Shown here: positions 19,433 through 29,239 of the stretch, in pieces
How positions within the stretch are numbered: the first letter of the stretch is position 1
Layout: each line of letters begins with the position of its first letter
Source of the DNA: a virus
Taxonomy: Duplodnaviria > Caudoviricetes
Direction: 5' to 3' (one strand)
IMG/VR virus record: IMGVR_UViG_3300043447_000220
Location: 1-39,501 of that record
Length of the DNA: 39,501 bases
Position numbers and translations under genes: made by a program
Notes under the pieces: generated by a model
Told to the model about the DNA's origin: nothing
Database searches by the model: none
Seen by the model: the letters and a program-made list of their open reading frames with translations, nothing else

Positions 19433-21175
19433 TTATCCATGACACGCAAGGCACTCATCGGAATCCTTCAGAGCATCCCTGACAATTTTTTGGGAAATTT
19501 TATCGGCTGACACACCAGCAGTGGTGCGGAGGTAGTACAGCCCTTTCAAGCCGCTCTTCCACGCCCGTAAGTGTACAGCATTTACGTAAGCCTTGTCCGC
19601 GCCAGCAGGGAAGAACAGGTTCACGCTCTGACCTTGGCAGATGTACTGCTGACGGTGCGCGGCGTGATCCACCACCCACCCTTGGTCAAGCTCGAAGGCT
19701 GTCTTGAATACGTCCTTCTCCCAATCTGAGAGGAACTCCAAGTGTTGGACGCTGCCTTCACCCAGAATGATCGACTGCCACACCTCGTCAGTGTTCTGCC
19801 CCTTCTCGATCAGCAAACGCTCAAGGTGAGGGTTCTTGACCAAGTGAGCACCAGCACGAGTGCGGTGGGTGTATGCGTTCGACTTCATCGGTTCGATAGA
19901 AGGCGAGCAGCCCACGATGATCGAGCTATTGGCGTTGGGAGCAATCGCCAGCAAGTGTGCGTTACGCATTCCAGTGCCCCACAGGTCTTGTGGTTCACCT
20001 TCGAAGTGCGCGAGGTACTTGGAGGCTTGCACCGCAGCTTCTTTGATTTCCTTGAAGATGCGGCGGTTGAGAGAGACAGCCAATGGAGATTCCCACGGCA
20101 GCATATTCTTCTGGAGCAACGAGTGGAAACCCATCGCGCCCAGACCCAACGAGCGCTCACGCTCTGCACTGTATTTAGCACGATCAAGCACACTTGGAGC
20201 ATGATCGATGAAATACTGGAGCACGTTGTCGAGGAAGACGATCAAGTCGCCCACCATCTTCGTGTTCTTCCAATCGTCGTAGAACTCAAGGTTCACGCTC
20301 GATAGGCAGCACACCGCAGTGCGGTCTTCGTCAGTTACGAGGTGGATTTCGTTGCAGAGGTTTGATCCACGGATGCGGAGTCCCTTTGCCTTTTGAGCGG
20401 GGTTGAGGGCTTTGTTGGCGGTGTCAATGAAGTTGAGGTAGGGTTCACCTGTGCGGAAGCGAACTTCGATGATGCGCTGCCATAACTCTCGCGCCTGAAT
20501 CGTTTCACGAACAGTAGCATCGTTGGGGTCAATCAAATCCCACTTCTGGTCATGCACCACAGCTTCCATGAAGTTGTCTGTGATGTTGATCGCATTGTGG
20601 AGGTTAAAGCACTTACGGTTGGGGTCACCACCAGTAGGTACTCGGATGTTCAAGAATTCGATGATGTCAGGGTGCGACACATCGAGGTAGGCAGCATAGC
20701 TACCCTTGCGTGTTTTGCCTTGGCGATACGCCGTCATGTCGGCATCGACTGTCTTGAGGAAAGGAATTGGGGAGGGGGCAACGTCAGACGTAGAACGTAC
20801 GTCAGACCAGTGACCACCCACCCCTCCACCTTTAACAGACAACCACCGCAACTCTGCGGTATGGTCGATGAGACCCTCAAGGCTGTCTGGCACGTAAGCC
20901 AGAAAGCACGAGATGGGCAAGCCGCGAGGCTTCTCATTTGGAAGCGGGGCATTCGACAGTACAGGCGAGGCAAACATAAACCAGCCTTTGGCAGCGTATT
21001 CGTAGATGCGCTGCGCGAGTTCCATGTCACCGTAGCTATACGCTACAGCAGCACGTGCGTAGGCGTGGTCGGGGGTAGGCTCCTCAGGACGCATATAGTA
21101 GTCCTTGAGAAGCTTAGAAGCCTGATCCGTGAAGGGGAATTGTTGTTCTTGTAGTTGAATGCCCAGATAGTCCAT
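19433..21175 (-). CDS. nrdA: Ribonucleotide reductase class I alpha subunit, compact, no ATP cone (580 aa)
   Basis: ISCFL, SNLCNEI, AVCCLSS, AIAPNA, QGQSVNLF, GLKGLYYLR, C-terminal CLACHG. Confidence 0.95.
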   Translation of the reverse strand: MDYLGIQLQEQQFPFTDQASKLLKDYYMRPEEPTPDHAYARAAVAYSYGDMELAQRIYEYAAKGWFMFASPVLSNAPLPNEKPRGLPISCFLAYVPDSLEGLIDHTAELRWLSVKGGGVGGHWSDVRSTSDVAPSPIPFLKTVDADMTAYRQGKTRKGSYAAYLDVSHPDIIEFLNIRVPTGGDPNRKCFNLHNAINITDNFMEAVVHDQKWDLIDPNDATVRETIQARELWQRIIEVRFRTGEPYLNFIDTANKALNPAQKAKGLRIRGSNLCNEIHLVTDEDRTAVCCLSSVNLEFYDDWKNTKMVGDLIVFLDNVLQYFIDHAPSVLDRAKYSAERERSLGLGAMGFHSLLQKNMLPWESPLAVSLNRRIFKEIKEAAVQASKYLAHFEGEPQDLWGTGMRNAHLLAIAPNANSSIIVGCSPSIEPMKSNAYTHRTRAGAHLVKNPHLERLLIEKGQNTDEVWQSIILGEGSVQHLEFLSDWEKDVFKTAFELDQGWVVDHAAHRQQYICQGQSVNLFFPAGADKAYVNAVHLRAWKSGLKGLYYLRTTAGVSADKISQKIVRDALKDSDECLACHG

Positions 21176-21177
21176 AT

Positions 21178-21615
21178 TTACCTTTTGTCACCGTTGCCTT
21201 TGAGTACGCCGCGCTCCTGACGGTCACGCAGTTTCTCCAAATTCATTCGTCCAATATCTGCTAGGTCGTAACCTAACTCCTTTGCGAGCAATGCACAGAA
21301 CCAAAGGATGTCTCCAATTTCATGTGCTGTCTCTTCTGCGTCGAGCGCTGCGTCCTTGCGGAAGGTCTTCGCGACCTTCGAACACAATTCACCTACCTCA
21401 CCTGCAATACCAGTGGAGAGGTATTCCAACGCACGGCGCTCTGGGTAGATGGCTGTCTTTTGTGCACCCAATTGATATTCGTTCAAACCGAAATCCATCA
21501 GGTCAAGCTGCTGCTCACTTACAGCCTTTATTTTCGCAGGTGAAACATTCTGAGCGTACAGTTCGTCCAACTTTGACGGCTTCACCGTGTTGAATGGGGG
21601 AACGTGTCCTTGCAT
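21178..21615 (-). CDS. mazG: MazG-like nucleotide pyrophosphohydrolase
   Basis: GIAGEVGE...EIGDILWF...NLEKLRDRQERGVLKGNGDKR; start ATG 21615 after AAGGA. Confidence 0.85.
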   Translation of the reverse strand: MQGHVPPFNTVKPSKLDELYAQNVSPAKIKAVSEQQLDLMDFGLNEYQLGAQKTAIYPERRALEYLSTGIAGEVGELCSKVAKTFRKDAALDAEETAHEIGDILWFCALLAKELGYDLADIGRMNLEKLRDRQERGVLKGNGDKR

Positions 21616-21916
21616 CTTCTTTTCCTTTAAGATCAAACCAGAGTAAAAACATCAAGCAGCAAATAGCGTGGGAGAGGTGGCTGTTGCCCGTCTCAGGGTC
21701 GCGCTTCTCGCCTTCCCACCATGCAGTGAGGTGACGCAGCGTTGCGTCGTAGTAGCGAGTACGCGCCTCTGGGACGTACATCCAGTTGTCAGGGGCATAC
21801 TTCATCGCCCCCTTTGTCAGCACATCAACAACGTCAGCCATCACACCTTGTGGCACGAGAGACCACTTAGGCTTTGCCTTGTCAAATTTCACTCCGAGAG
21901 TACTGGTGGGTTCCAT
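21515..21916 (-). CDS. dATP/dGTP diphosphohydrolase-like (DUF5664-type) protein
   Basis: GVKFDKAKPKWSLVP...GAMKYAPDNW...RHL..WWEGE..DPETGNSHLSHAICCLMFL. Confidence 0.8.
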   Translation of the reverse strand: MEPTSTLGVKFDKAKPKWSLVPQGVMADVVDVLTKGAMKYAPDNWMYVPEARTRYYDATLRHLTAWWEGEKRDPETGNSHLSHAICCLMFLLWFDLKGKEDARTRSPIQHGEAVKVGRTVRSECFTCENKGCK

Positions 21917-22665
21917 AAGCGTGGTTCATTCGTAACGTGGTTGTACTCACCAGCACGTAGGATACGAGCCAAGCGAGCGTTCAAAAGCGCATCCTCAGGC
22001 GTTTGCTTTGCCTTGGTGTACGCACCGATAACAGCCTTCCACATCGCCTCTTCATTCAGCGGGTCGATACCAGCCAGCACCTTTGCAGCGCCTACAGCGC
22101 CCACGTTGTGAGCACCCTTGTAGTTGTCTGTGGTGTCCCCTGTGAGGGTCTGCATGAAGAAGTGGTAGTTTGCCTTTGCCTCAGTGACGTTGATCCACTC
22201 ACGATTTTTTGGAACGTAGTGGGTCGAAGGGACAGTCATCATGTCCTTGTCGTCAGAGATAAGCGCGTATTCGTAGCGCGAATCTGAGGCGAGTATGCCC
22301 ATAGTGTCATCAGCTTCGAGGTTGTCGTAGATGATAGTAGGGTACTCGTTGAGCAGCCATTCACGAAGTGGACGGAAGCACAAAGGCTTGCGAACGTCTT
22401 TACGGTTCGCCTTGTAGTCAGGGTAGAGTTCCTTGCGGAAGTTGCTTGTGTGGGAGAGGACAATCTCAACTGAGTCAATGTCAGTGAGAAACTTCATGTG
22501 CTCGATGTACTGTTGAGCGCTGAGGTAGCACTCTTCTTCGAAACTATGAAGCGTCCACAACCCGCCTCCCCAATTCACTGGGTGTTCTTTTGAAGCAGAT
22601 ACACGCCAGCAAATTAGGTCACCATCAAGGAGAAGCTTTGAGACCTTCTTGTGCTTATTTGACAT
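21889..22665 (-). CDS. 5'-3' exonuclease, gp6-like
   Basis: LLLDGD, NFRKELYPDYKANR, LEADD, SDDKDM, LTGDTTDNYKG, ARLARILR; start ATG 22665. Confidence 0.93.
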   Translation of the reverse strand: MSNKHKKVSKLLLDGDLICWRVSASKEHPVNWGGGLWTLHSFEEECYLSAQQYIEHMKFLTDIDSVEIVLSHTSNFRKELYPDYKANRKDVRKPLCFRPLREWLLNEYPTIIYDNLEADDTMGILASDSRYEYALISDDKDMMTVPSTHYVPKNREWINVTEAKANYHFFMQTLTGDTTDNYKGAHNVGAVGAAKVLAGIDPLNEEAMWKAVIGAYTKAKQTPEDALLNARLARILRAGEYNHVTNEPRLWNPPVLSE

Positions 22666-22837
22666 AGGGGTTCTTTTTCTTATCAATCATCAGCGCCAAA
22701 CCTACAACGCCGAAAAGCATCAGGGTCGCAATGACTACAGCGATGATGGAAGGCAGGAACACCAACCACCACGACCAATCGATGAGTGTAAGAATCTTCG
22801 CGCAAACGAAGATGATTGTCAGTAAATGCAGCCACAT
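22655..22837 (-). CDS. Small membrane protein (60 aa)
   Basis: Hydrophobic, IDWSWWLVFLP motif, strong AAGGAG RBS. Confidence 0.75.
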   Translation of the reverse strand: MWLHLLTIIFVCAKILTLIDWSWWLVFLPSIIAVVIATLMLFGVVGLALMIDKKKNPYVK

Positions 22838-22851
22838 ACGTAGTTTCTCCT

Positions 22852-23292
22852 TTAGCGTATGGTTTTAAGTGTGCGAATAGCGGTGATGACATCGATGTCA
22901 AACCACTCACCACGGCGATCATACGCAGCGGCTTCGAGCAGCTTGTGCGCTTGCTCTTCTGCCTCAGCAGCGTTCTCAGCGAACACCACGTATTCGACAC
23001 GGTAGTCACGGTAGGGGTCACCAGTGTTCAAACTGTTGCAGCGGTCATACGCATCCACTGCGCGTCCGCACTTCACCCATCCGTCGAATGCAGGGTTTGT
23101 GATGAGGTAGACATAGCCCACCTTACACGCCTCATACATTGCCAGAGTTGCCTTGCGGATTTGCGCGGCAGTGGCTTCAGGGTCGATCAAACCCATCGCG
23201 ATGAAGACAGCCTCATGTCCCCCATCGAGGTACACATTGTGAAAGGGATGGTTGGGGTTGCCTACGCGATACCGACGACCTTGAATGGTCAT
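22852..23292 (-). CDS. T5orf172 / GIY-YIG domain protein (start uncertain; frame open to 23439)
   Basis: GYVYLITNPAFDGWVKCGRA...RCNSLNTGDP...E..AH..L...RGEWF. Confidence 0.75.
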   Translation of the reverse strand: MTIQGRRYRVGNPNHPFHNVYLDGGHEAVFIAMGLIDPEATAAQIRKATLAMYEACKVGYVYLITNPAFDGWVKCGRAVDAYDRCNSLNTGDPYRDYRVEYVVFAENAAEAEEQAHKLLEAAAYDRRGEWFDIDVITAIRTLKTIR

Positions 23293-23320
23293 GCGGGTGC
23301 GATCTTCGAGGTGACGGCTC

Positions 23321-25084
23321 TTAGTGAGTTTCAGCCCAATTCGATCCAAACTTGTATTCGCCGTCGAGCGGCAAACGGAAGTCGTAGTATTCACCTGCGA
23401 GCTTGATTGCTCGTATACAGAGTTGTCCAATGAGTTCACTATGTTCTTTCTTTACGAGCACTTGTACTTCGTCGTGTACGTAGGCTACCTGTTGGTAATC
23501 TATGCCATCGACAAAGCCGTGCTCTTTCAGCAGTTGATGAAATGTCACAACCCAACGCTTGCAAATAATAGCGCCAGCACCTTGAAGTAGAGTATTGAGA
23601 GCAGCATGGCTACTCCGAATAGGCATAATGCGCCCGTCCAGAGCACGGATGAATCCACGGTCTGCGGCTCTTGAAACTCCAGATTTGAGTTTATCAAGAG
23701 CAGGGGTTTTCGCGAGGAAAGCTTCTTTGAGTCTCTTTCCTTCCTTAGCGCCCTTCCCGATAATCTTGCCAATCTTCTCGTCGCCAGCCCCGTAGAGGTA
23801 GGCGTAGATGAAAGTCTTGGCGTTGTCGCGAGTCGGTAAGCCAGCCGCTTCTTGGTTCGCGCTATGGATGTCGCCTTCGAGCAAGATTTTTCCGTAGGCT
23901 CCGTCGTCGTAGCGAGCCATGAAATGGGCAAGACAGCGTAGTTCGAGACCTGATACATCGCACCCCATGAGTGTATATCCTGATGGAGCGTAGAAAAGGG
24001 AACGACAGTCTTTGCCATATGGAGCCTTTACCGAAGGCACTTGTGCCATGTTGGGGTTTTGGTGGGTACAACGGGAGGTCACCGCGCCCATAGTCGTTAC
24101 TTGACCATGAATGCGCCCTTCCTTTTCAAGCTTGAGCCACGATTGTCGTCCCTCAGCAACCTGCCCTATGCGCTTATCGATGAGTAGATATTCGCACAGC
24201 AGTTTAGCTTCTGGGTACGGCAGCGTGTTCAGTACAGCTTCGTCCACCTGTGGTTGGTTTGTCTCTGTGAAGACCTTAGGTTTCCAGCCCTTCTCCATGA
24301 GCTTCTTCGCAATGTGTGCGCGGCTCGATGGATTGAACGTCACCCGTGAAATCTTCGTCATTGGGCTACCAGCAGTGTAGTGCCCACGAGAGACCTTTGG
24401 GATGAACTCACCTTCTGACTCCCACCAAGAGCCAAAGGCTGCTTCGAGGTCTTTTCGAAGAGCTTCGCGTTTGTCTTGGAGGACAGCGTAGAGTTCAACA
24501 GCCTTGCGAACATCGAGCGGAAACCCGTGCGCTGTTTGCTGTAGGCATATGCGATGAATGTCATGCTCAAGTTGAATGGCATCTTGCGAGTATTCTTTAC
24601 CCTCGATGCGCTTGAACAATTCTGTTGTCACCTCAACGTCAGTCTCACAGTAGTCCAGCATCTCAGGCGTGAACTCTTTCCAATCAGTCGTCTCGTTGAA
24701 CGACCCCTTGAGTTTACCCATGCGGATACCCCAAGACTTCAGGCTGTGAGAGCCGATGATTGACGACGGAATCTTACCCTTACGGTGAGAGTCGTAGTCG
24801 CGTTCTTTGAGGTCTGACCAGATCAATCGAGAGATTACTAGGGTGTCAGTCACCTTACCGTAGTACTTCCAACCAGTGACCTTTTCCAAAGCCACCATGT
24901 CGTAAGCCATGATGTTGTGACCAATCAGTTCCTCAGCGTCACTCAGCAAACTGAGCGCATTCTCAATCTGGGTAGGATCAAACCTATAAGTGGTATTTGA
25001 ATCAGGGTCATGCGCCACCAAACAGTGGATCGTTGACACCTTGTCTAAGAGACCGTTGGTCTCGCAATCGAATATAAGTCGCAT
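23321..25084 (-). CDS. DNA polymerase family A, gp5-like (587 aa)
   Basis: 3'-5' exonuclease FDCETNG, motif A DVSGLELR, motif B RDNAKTFIYAYLYGAG, motif C VHDEVQ. Confidence 0.97.
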   Translation of the reverse strand: MRLIFDCETNGLLDKVSTIHCLVAHDPDSNTTYRFDPTQIENALSLLSDAEELIGHNIMAYDMVALEKVTGWKYYGKVTDTLVISRLIWSDLKERDYDSHRKGKIPSSIIGSHSLKSWGIRMGKLKGSFNETTDWKEFTPEMLDYCETDVEVTTELFKRIEGKEYSQDAIQLEHDIHRICLQQTAHGFPLDVRKAVELYAVLQDKREALRKDLEAAFGSWWESEGEFIPKVSRGHYTAGSPMTKISRVTFNPSSRAHIAKKLMEKGWKPKVFTETNQPQVDEAVLNTLPYPEAKLLCEYLLIDKRIGQVAEGRQSWLKLEKEGRIHGQVTTMGAVTSRCTHQNPNMAQVPSVKAPYGKDCRSLFYAPSGYTLMGCDVSGLELRCLAHFMARYDDGAYGKILLEGDIHSANQEAAGLPTRDNAKTFIYAYLYGAGDEKIGKIIGKGAKEGKRLKEAFLAKTPALDKLKSGVSRAADRGFIRALDGRIMPIRSSHAALNTLLQGAGAIICKRWVVTFHQLLKEHGFVDGIDYQQVAYVHDEVQVLVKKEHSELIGQLCIRAIKLAGEYYDFRLPLDGEYKFGSNWAETH

Positions 25085-25106
25085 AGTCCTCTCGCTGGAG
25101 TAACAG

Positions 25107-25138
25107 AAAAGAACGGAGGTCAGGTTGTGACCCCCGTT
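25107..25138 (-). terminator. Terminator-like hairpin upstream of the DNA polymerase gene
   Basis: Minus strand AACGGGGGTCA-CAACC-TGACCTCCGTT-CTTTT. Confidence 0.55.
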
Positions 25139-25156
25139 TGTGTGGGCGATAACGCT
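25136..25156 (-). promoter_or_regulatory. Conserved intergenic motif AGCGTTATCGCCCACACAAAC (putative phage RNAP promoter)
   Basis: Near-identical copies at 28812-28832 and 33047-33067, all intergenic and in the same orientation. Confidence 0.7.
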
Positions 25157-25395
25157 TACAAAATGCGCGAAGCCAAGAAGGTGACCATAGCCTCCTTCGA
25201 GTTGAATTCGTGCTTGACGGTCTTACCGCCTTCGTTCAGCGCCACGGTGAAAGCGTGAGGTGGTCGCTTTGCAATTACAGCCACAGGAATCTCCTTTGGC
25301 TCAACCGCTGCAAGCTGCGCGACTGCCTCTTCCTTTTCTACCTTGGTAATCTTCTTTGTCATTTCTAACCCTTTGTTGATAATCTTCTTGAACAT
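25156..25395 (-). CDS. Hypothetical protein (79 aa)
   Basis: TGATG coupling with the primase stop; fills the gap. Confidence 0.65.
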   Translation of the reverse strand: MFKKIINKGLEMTKKITKVEKEEAVAQLAAVEPKEIPVAVIAKRPPHAFTVALNEGGKTVKHEFNSKEAMVTFLASRIL

Positions 25396-27002
25396 CAGTA
25401 GTCCTCGTTGGTGGACTCGTCACCGAAGCCGCCAACCTCAGTCATTCGCCCAGTATCTCGACTGTATGCGAGGGAACAGGCAATACCTGTGTCACCTGTC
25501 CAGCGGTTCTTCAAAACACGCAGGGTGGTAACGTCAGAGTCTTCGCCTTGCTGATCGCGCTCCGCACCAATCACTATGTCACTCAACTGCCCAATGGCAG
25601 CGGAGCCACGTAGTTGTGCGAGGCTGGTTTGAGCACCTTCTTCATGCCCCTTACCTTGCGGAGGGCGCTTCAAATGCGACACGAGAATCATGCCACACTT
25701 CACTTCCTCAACGAGGGCGCGGAGCTTTGTCATGGTGTTGTCGATGAGGCGACGTTCGTCACCTTCTTCAACGCCACTCACGACAATCGACAAGTGATCA
25801 AGCACGATGAAGTCGCAGTCGCAGCCTCGAACGAGGTAGCGAATACGGTTCATCAGGTTGTCACTGTCTGTGCTGCCCCAGTGGTCATACAGTTCTACAC
25901 TGGGAGCGAGCGCATCGAAGTGCTCCTTGTACTGCTCCATGTTTTCATGGGTCAGATGCAAGAGCTTGTTGGCACGAATGCTCATCAAGCCAAGCGATGT
26001 ACGCTCAATGCTTTCTTCAAGTGCGATGTAGCCAATCTTCTGTCCCTGCTCGATCAGGTGGTACGCCACCTCTCGACAAATCTGGGACTTACCAATGCCC
26101 GAACCAGCGGTGACCGTGACGATCTCACCCTTGCGGATGCCAGCCGTCTTTTCGTTCAACCCTTGGAACGGGTACTGGAATGATGTGGCTGTCTTTGGTG
26201 TGACGATGCGCTCCCAGATGTCACTCATGGCAACGATGCCATCAGGTCTGAAAGTCTTCGCGCTCCACATGGCGTTGATCAACTCAGTAGAGCGACCAGC
26301 CACAAGCATCTCGTTTGCATCCTTGAGAGGAAGCGAGGCGATCTTTGCTTTGTTTGGTGGGAGGAGTGCAGCGCACTCTTTCGATGCCGCGATACCATGC
26401 TCGTCATTGTCGAACATGAACACCACGGTTTCAAACTTACACAACCATTCGAGATTCTTTTGGATCGCCTTCTTCGCACCTTTAGCGCCTGTAGGGATGG
26501 AGACGACTGCCCACTTGTTGCCCTGTACCTGTGACAGAGACAGTGCGTCGATCTCCCCCTCAACAACGGTGACCATCTTGCCACCATCGCGCCAGAGGTG
26601 CATCCCGTACAGACCAGCGTTCTTGGTGTCACCAAGGAACACGAAGTCTTTGTTGGGGAAGCGTACTTTCTGGGCTACCGTTGCGCCTTGCGCGTCTTTG
26701 TAATTCGCAATTTGAACCGTTTGACCATTGTACTTACCCACAACGTAATCCCAGATACGGCACGTTTCAGCCGTGAGATTGCGCTTAGATAACTCGCGTG
26801 GAAAGCCAGCCACAAAGCCAGCACTCGTGCTCGTATATTCTTCTTGAGTTTCGTGATCATCAGTCATAGTACCTTTGGAATGTTTTGTGCACACGAAACA
26901 GTATGTGTGCCCGTCTGAGTATACAGCTTTGCCGTCACTCGATCCGCAGTCATCACACGGCTCGTGCCTTAAGAAGTTTGATTCATCTTTGTCGTCCACC
27001 AT
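25395..27002 (-). CDS. DNA primase/helicase, gp4-like (535 aa)
   Basis: Zn finger CDDCGSSD..YCFVC, TOPRIM VEGEIDALS / FDND, Walker A AGSGIGKS, LDHLSI, LRGS, KNRWTG. Confidence 0.97.
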   Translation of the reverse strand: MVDDKDESNFLRHEPCDDCGSSDGKAVYSDGHTYCFVCTKHSKGTMTDDHETQEEYTSTSAGFVAGFPRELSKRNLTAETCRIWDYVVGKYNGQTVQIANYKDAQGATVAQKVRFPNKDFVFLGDTKNAGLYGMHLWRDGGKMVTVVEGEIDALSLSQVQGNKWAVVSIPTGAKGAKKAIQKNLEWLCKFETVVFMFDNDEHGIAASKECAALLPPNKAKIASLPLKDANEMLVAGRSTELINAMWSAKTFRPDGIVAMSDIWERIVTPKTATSFQYPFQGLNEKTAGIRKGEIVTVTAGSGIGKSQICREVAYHLIEQGQKIGYIALEESIERTSLGLMSIRANKLLHLTHENMEQYKEHFDALAPSVELYDHWGSTDSDNLMNRIRYLVRGCDCDFIVLDHLSIVVSGVEEGDERRLIDNTMTKLRALVEEVKCGMILVSHLKRPPQGKGHEEGAQTSLAQLRGSAAIGQLSDIVIGAERDQQGEDSDVTTLRVLKNRWTGDTGIACSLAYSRDTGRMTEVGGFGDESTNEDY

Positions 27003-27403
27003 TTCTCCACGTCAAAAGTAGGACACGCTCGCCCCTTATCGAAGTCACAGTGACCACGTACTTTTGCGTCGGGGTAGAGAGCCTTGAGTTGATAAATTAC
27101 AGTGGCGAGTGACTCCCACTGCTTGTCCGTGAAGTTTGTCTCAGGCTTCCCTGCTTCGTCGATACCACCAACCATACAAACACCAACAGTGTTTGCGTTG
27201 CGGTTTAGAACGTGTGCTCCAACCTCATCGATGGCTCGACCAATCTCCACTTCGCCACTACGACGAATGACGAAATGATACCCGATCTTCAGCCACCCGC
27301 GCTGGCGATGCCACTGGTCAATTTCTTTTCGACCAATATCCATTGAAGGTTTCGTTGCGGCACAATGTACGACGATGTAATCAGTAGATTTACGTTTGCT
27401 CAT
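26969..27403 (-). CDS. N-acetylmuramoyl-L-alanine amidase (T7 lysozyme, gp3.5-like)
   Basis: IVVHCAAT, WHRQRGWLKIGYHFVI, VGAHV, GHCDF..RACPTFDV; start ATG 27403. Confidence 0.93.
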   Translation of the reverse strand: MSKRKSTDYIVVHCAATKPSMDIGRKEIDQWHRQRGWLKIGYHFVIRRSGEVEIGRAIDEVGAHVLNRNANTVGVCMVGGIDEAGKPETNFTDKQWESLATVIYQLKALYPDAKVRGHCDFDKGRACPTFDVEKWWTTKMNQTS

Positions 27404-27812
27404 TGATCCATGCTTTCGGTATGCGACCATCTGCATATTGGAAGCCGTACTTCTCGCACCATTCTGCATTGGTCATTTTTGAACCCTGCACTTTTCCTTT
27501 AAGGTTTTGGAAAACCATTCGGATGTCTTTGTCAGGGTGTTGTTCTTTAACGGCTCGCATTTTACGTTGGTCGTCAGACTTGAACCAGCCTTTGGTCTCC
27601 ACAAGGATACCGTTGTCTAGTTCGAAGTCTGGCTTGTAGTCACGGAGTACAGCGTACCTGAGCCTTTTGCTCTCGTACTTGAACCCCGCTCCTTGCATTG
27701 TAAGAAGGCGAGCCACCTCCTTCTCGAAACCCGACTTGTACGCTGGCTTAGTAGTCGCCGTCGTCGTCGCCGCTTTCGTCCGAGAAGTGCTCGTCCTTTT
27801 TACTGTTGCCAT
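27390..27812 (-). CDS. Endonuclease I (Holliday junction resolvase), gp3-like
   Basis: YKSGFE, YKPDF.L.NGILVETKGWF, HPDKDIRMVF, WCEKYGF. Confidence 0.95.
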   Translation of the reverse strand: MATVKRTSTSRTKAATTTATTKPAYKSGFEKEVARLLTMQGAGFKYESKRLRYAVLRDYKPDFELDNGILVETKGWFKSDDQRKMRAVKEQHPDKDIRMVFQNLKGKVQGSKMTNAEWCEKYGFQYADGRIPKAWINEQT

Positions 27813-28425
27813 TCTTTGCCTTTGGTTCGTCGTCCTTCACCTCGTAGCCTTCATCTTCTTCCTCGAAGTAGTTGCCACCCCCTGCGAATGCTTCGAGCTT
27901 CACAACTTGCAAAGCGCGGAGACGCAGCGACACACCAGCGGTTTTGCTGGATGCCATGAAGTACTTGCGTGGTTCGAAAGCGATCTTGACAACAGAGCCA
28001 TTGCCAATGCGAAAGCCGTCATTGGTAACGTCACCGTCTTCGTCGAACTTCAGGATGGGGTTACCCTTTGAGTCCACGACAGCGGGGCGCTGGTTGTAAA
28101 TCTTGCCTTCTTTGGTTTTGCCTTGGGCTTTGAGCTTGAACTTGAACTTAATCTCGCCTGTCTCGTTGCCGTCGTCGTCTGTGCAGACTTCGTAGGCAGG
28201 TGCGGTCAGAGGTTTGCGCTTCGGATTTTCTTCGATAGCTTCATTCTTTGCCTCTTCAACTAGGTCGTCTAGTTTGGCGCACATCTCCTGAACTTCAGGA
28301 TCGTCAGCTTTCAGGTACAGGTCGGTTGAGTAGATGCCAGCCTTGTCAAACTTGAAGTCAGGTGTGACAACTTTAGCCCACTCAGCGCGTCCTTTGGGGG
28401 TACGAATAAATTTGCTCACTCGCAA
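27748..28425 (-). CDS. Single-stranded DNA-binding protein, gp2.5-like
   Basis: TPKG.AEW, PD.KF, IGNGS.VK, GVSLRLRALQVVKL, acidic tail ending DDDGDY; TTG start after AGGAG. Confidence 0.92.
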   Translation of the reverse strand: MRVSKFIRTPKGRAEWAKVVTPDFKFDKAGIYSTDLYLKADDPEVQEMCAKLDDLVEEAKNEAIEENPKRKPLTAPAYEVCTDDDGNETGEIKFKFKLKAQGKTKEGKIYNQRPAVVDSKGNPILKFDEDGDVTNDGFRIGNGSVVKIAFEPRKYFMASSKTAGVSLRLRALQVVKLEAFAGGGNYFEEEDEGYEVKDDEPKAKNGNSKKDEHFSDESGDDDGDY

Positions 28426-28431
28426 TTTCTC

Positions 28432-28587
28432 CTAAATCGTATATTTTCGAATGTAAAAATCCACGTCGATGCCCTCTGCTACGAGCTTCATGTGGAAATC
28501 AAGGGGGATTGGTTCTTCTAATTCCAAAAGAGAAATCAGAAAATCAATCATCAGGTCAATTTGATACTCACTCAAGGTCTTCTCCAT
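28432..28587 (-). CDS. Hypothetical protein (51 aa)
   Basis: Likely start ATG 28587; IPLDFHMKLVAEGIDV motif. Confidence 0.6.
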   Translation of the reverse strand: MEKTLSEYQIDLMIDFLISLLELEEPIPLDFHMKLVAEGIDVDFYIRKYTI

Positions 28588-28801
28588 ACGAGTAATTTGC
28601 CATTTCCAGAACACGCAATGCTCGCTCTAGTTGGGCGCGTTTGAAGTAAACCTCGCCAATATCACCACCGAAATCCAGAATAACGATTGAGTCGTCTTCT
28701 CGATCCACAGTGGCAACCACGTCCATGCCACTTTCAAATTCAACAGTGTCTCCGTTGATTTTGTAGCGCGGGATGTACACGTCTGTTGCTACCTTTGCCA
28801 T
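28568..28801 (-). CDS. Hypothetical protein (77 aa)
   Basis: GGAGG RBS directly downstream of the conserved motif. Confidence 0.75.
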   Translation of the reverse strand: MAKVATDVYIPRYKINGDTVEFESGMDVVATVDREDDSIVILDFGGDIGEVYFKRAQLERALRVLEMANYSYGEDLE

Positions 28802-28811
28802 AGAACCTCCG

Positions 28812-28832
28812 TTTTGTCTGGGCGATAACGCT
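28812..28832 (-). promoter_or_regulatory. Conserved motif AGCGTTATCGCCCAGACAAAA (putative phage RNAP promoter for the replication cluster)
   Basis: Repeated intergenic motif; precedes the SSB-endonuclease-lysin-primase block. Confidence 0.7.
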
Positions 28833-28833
28833 A

Positions 28834-29055
28834 CTAAATTGAATTGGGCTTCTTGAGGGGGTGCACCTCAGCCCAACCTGCGATGTGGATGATGTTGCCC
28901 ATCATGTCTTTGCAGTACGAATACATCCCATCCAGATGGTCGAAGAACAGCACGTCCTTTGTCGCCACCAATTCGACCCAAGTCATGGGTTCAACCTTGT
29001 ACAGTTCCTGAATCGGGAGCCGTTCCCAATCCGCAATATCTACTTCACTGATCAT
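28834..29055 (-). CDS. Hypothetical protein
   Basis: Likely start ATG 29055 after AAGGAAG; FFDHLDGMYSYC motif. Confidence 0.65.
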   Translation of the reverse strand: MISEVDIADWERLPIQELYKVEPMTWVELVATKDVLFFDHLDGMYSYCKDMMGNIIHIAGWAEVHPLKKPNSI

Positions 29056-29239
29056 GTGCTTCTTCCTTTTCAAGTTTCACAGCGCCGTTTCGCGCCATAA
29101 GTTTGATTGTTTCCGTCAGGTTCGCCATGACCATCATGCTGACGGATTCATCTGGCTTGTCTGTGCAGTCGTTGCTGCCCCAATAGGCTTTGCAGCGCAC
29201 CCCTTGCGGGGTGTCTTCAATTGTGAGCAGTGCTTTCAT
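29045..29239 (-). CDS. Hypothetical protein (64 aa)
   Basis: ATGA overlap with the thyX stop (MKALLTIEDTPQG...). Confidence 0.6.
   Translation of the reverse strand: MKALLTIEDTPQGVRCKAYWGSNDCTDKPDESVSMMVMANLTETIKLMARNGAVKLEKEEAHDQ

Noticed and set aside
21178-21916. 2-aminoadenine (Z-genome) pathway suggested by the dATP/dGTP hydrolase and MazG-like genes
   Set aside because: No purZ-like gene in the window; these hydrolases are common without base modification.
22852-23439. Intron or intein-associated homing endonuclease in DNA polymerase
   Set aside because: The polymerase ORF is continuous and complete; the GIY-YIG-type gene is free-standing downstream.
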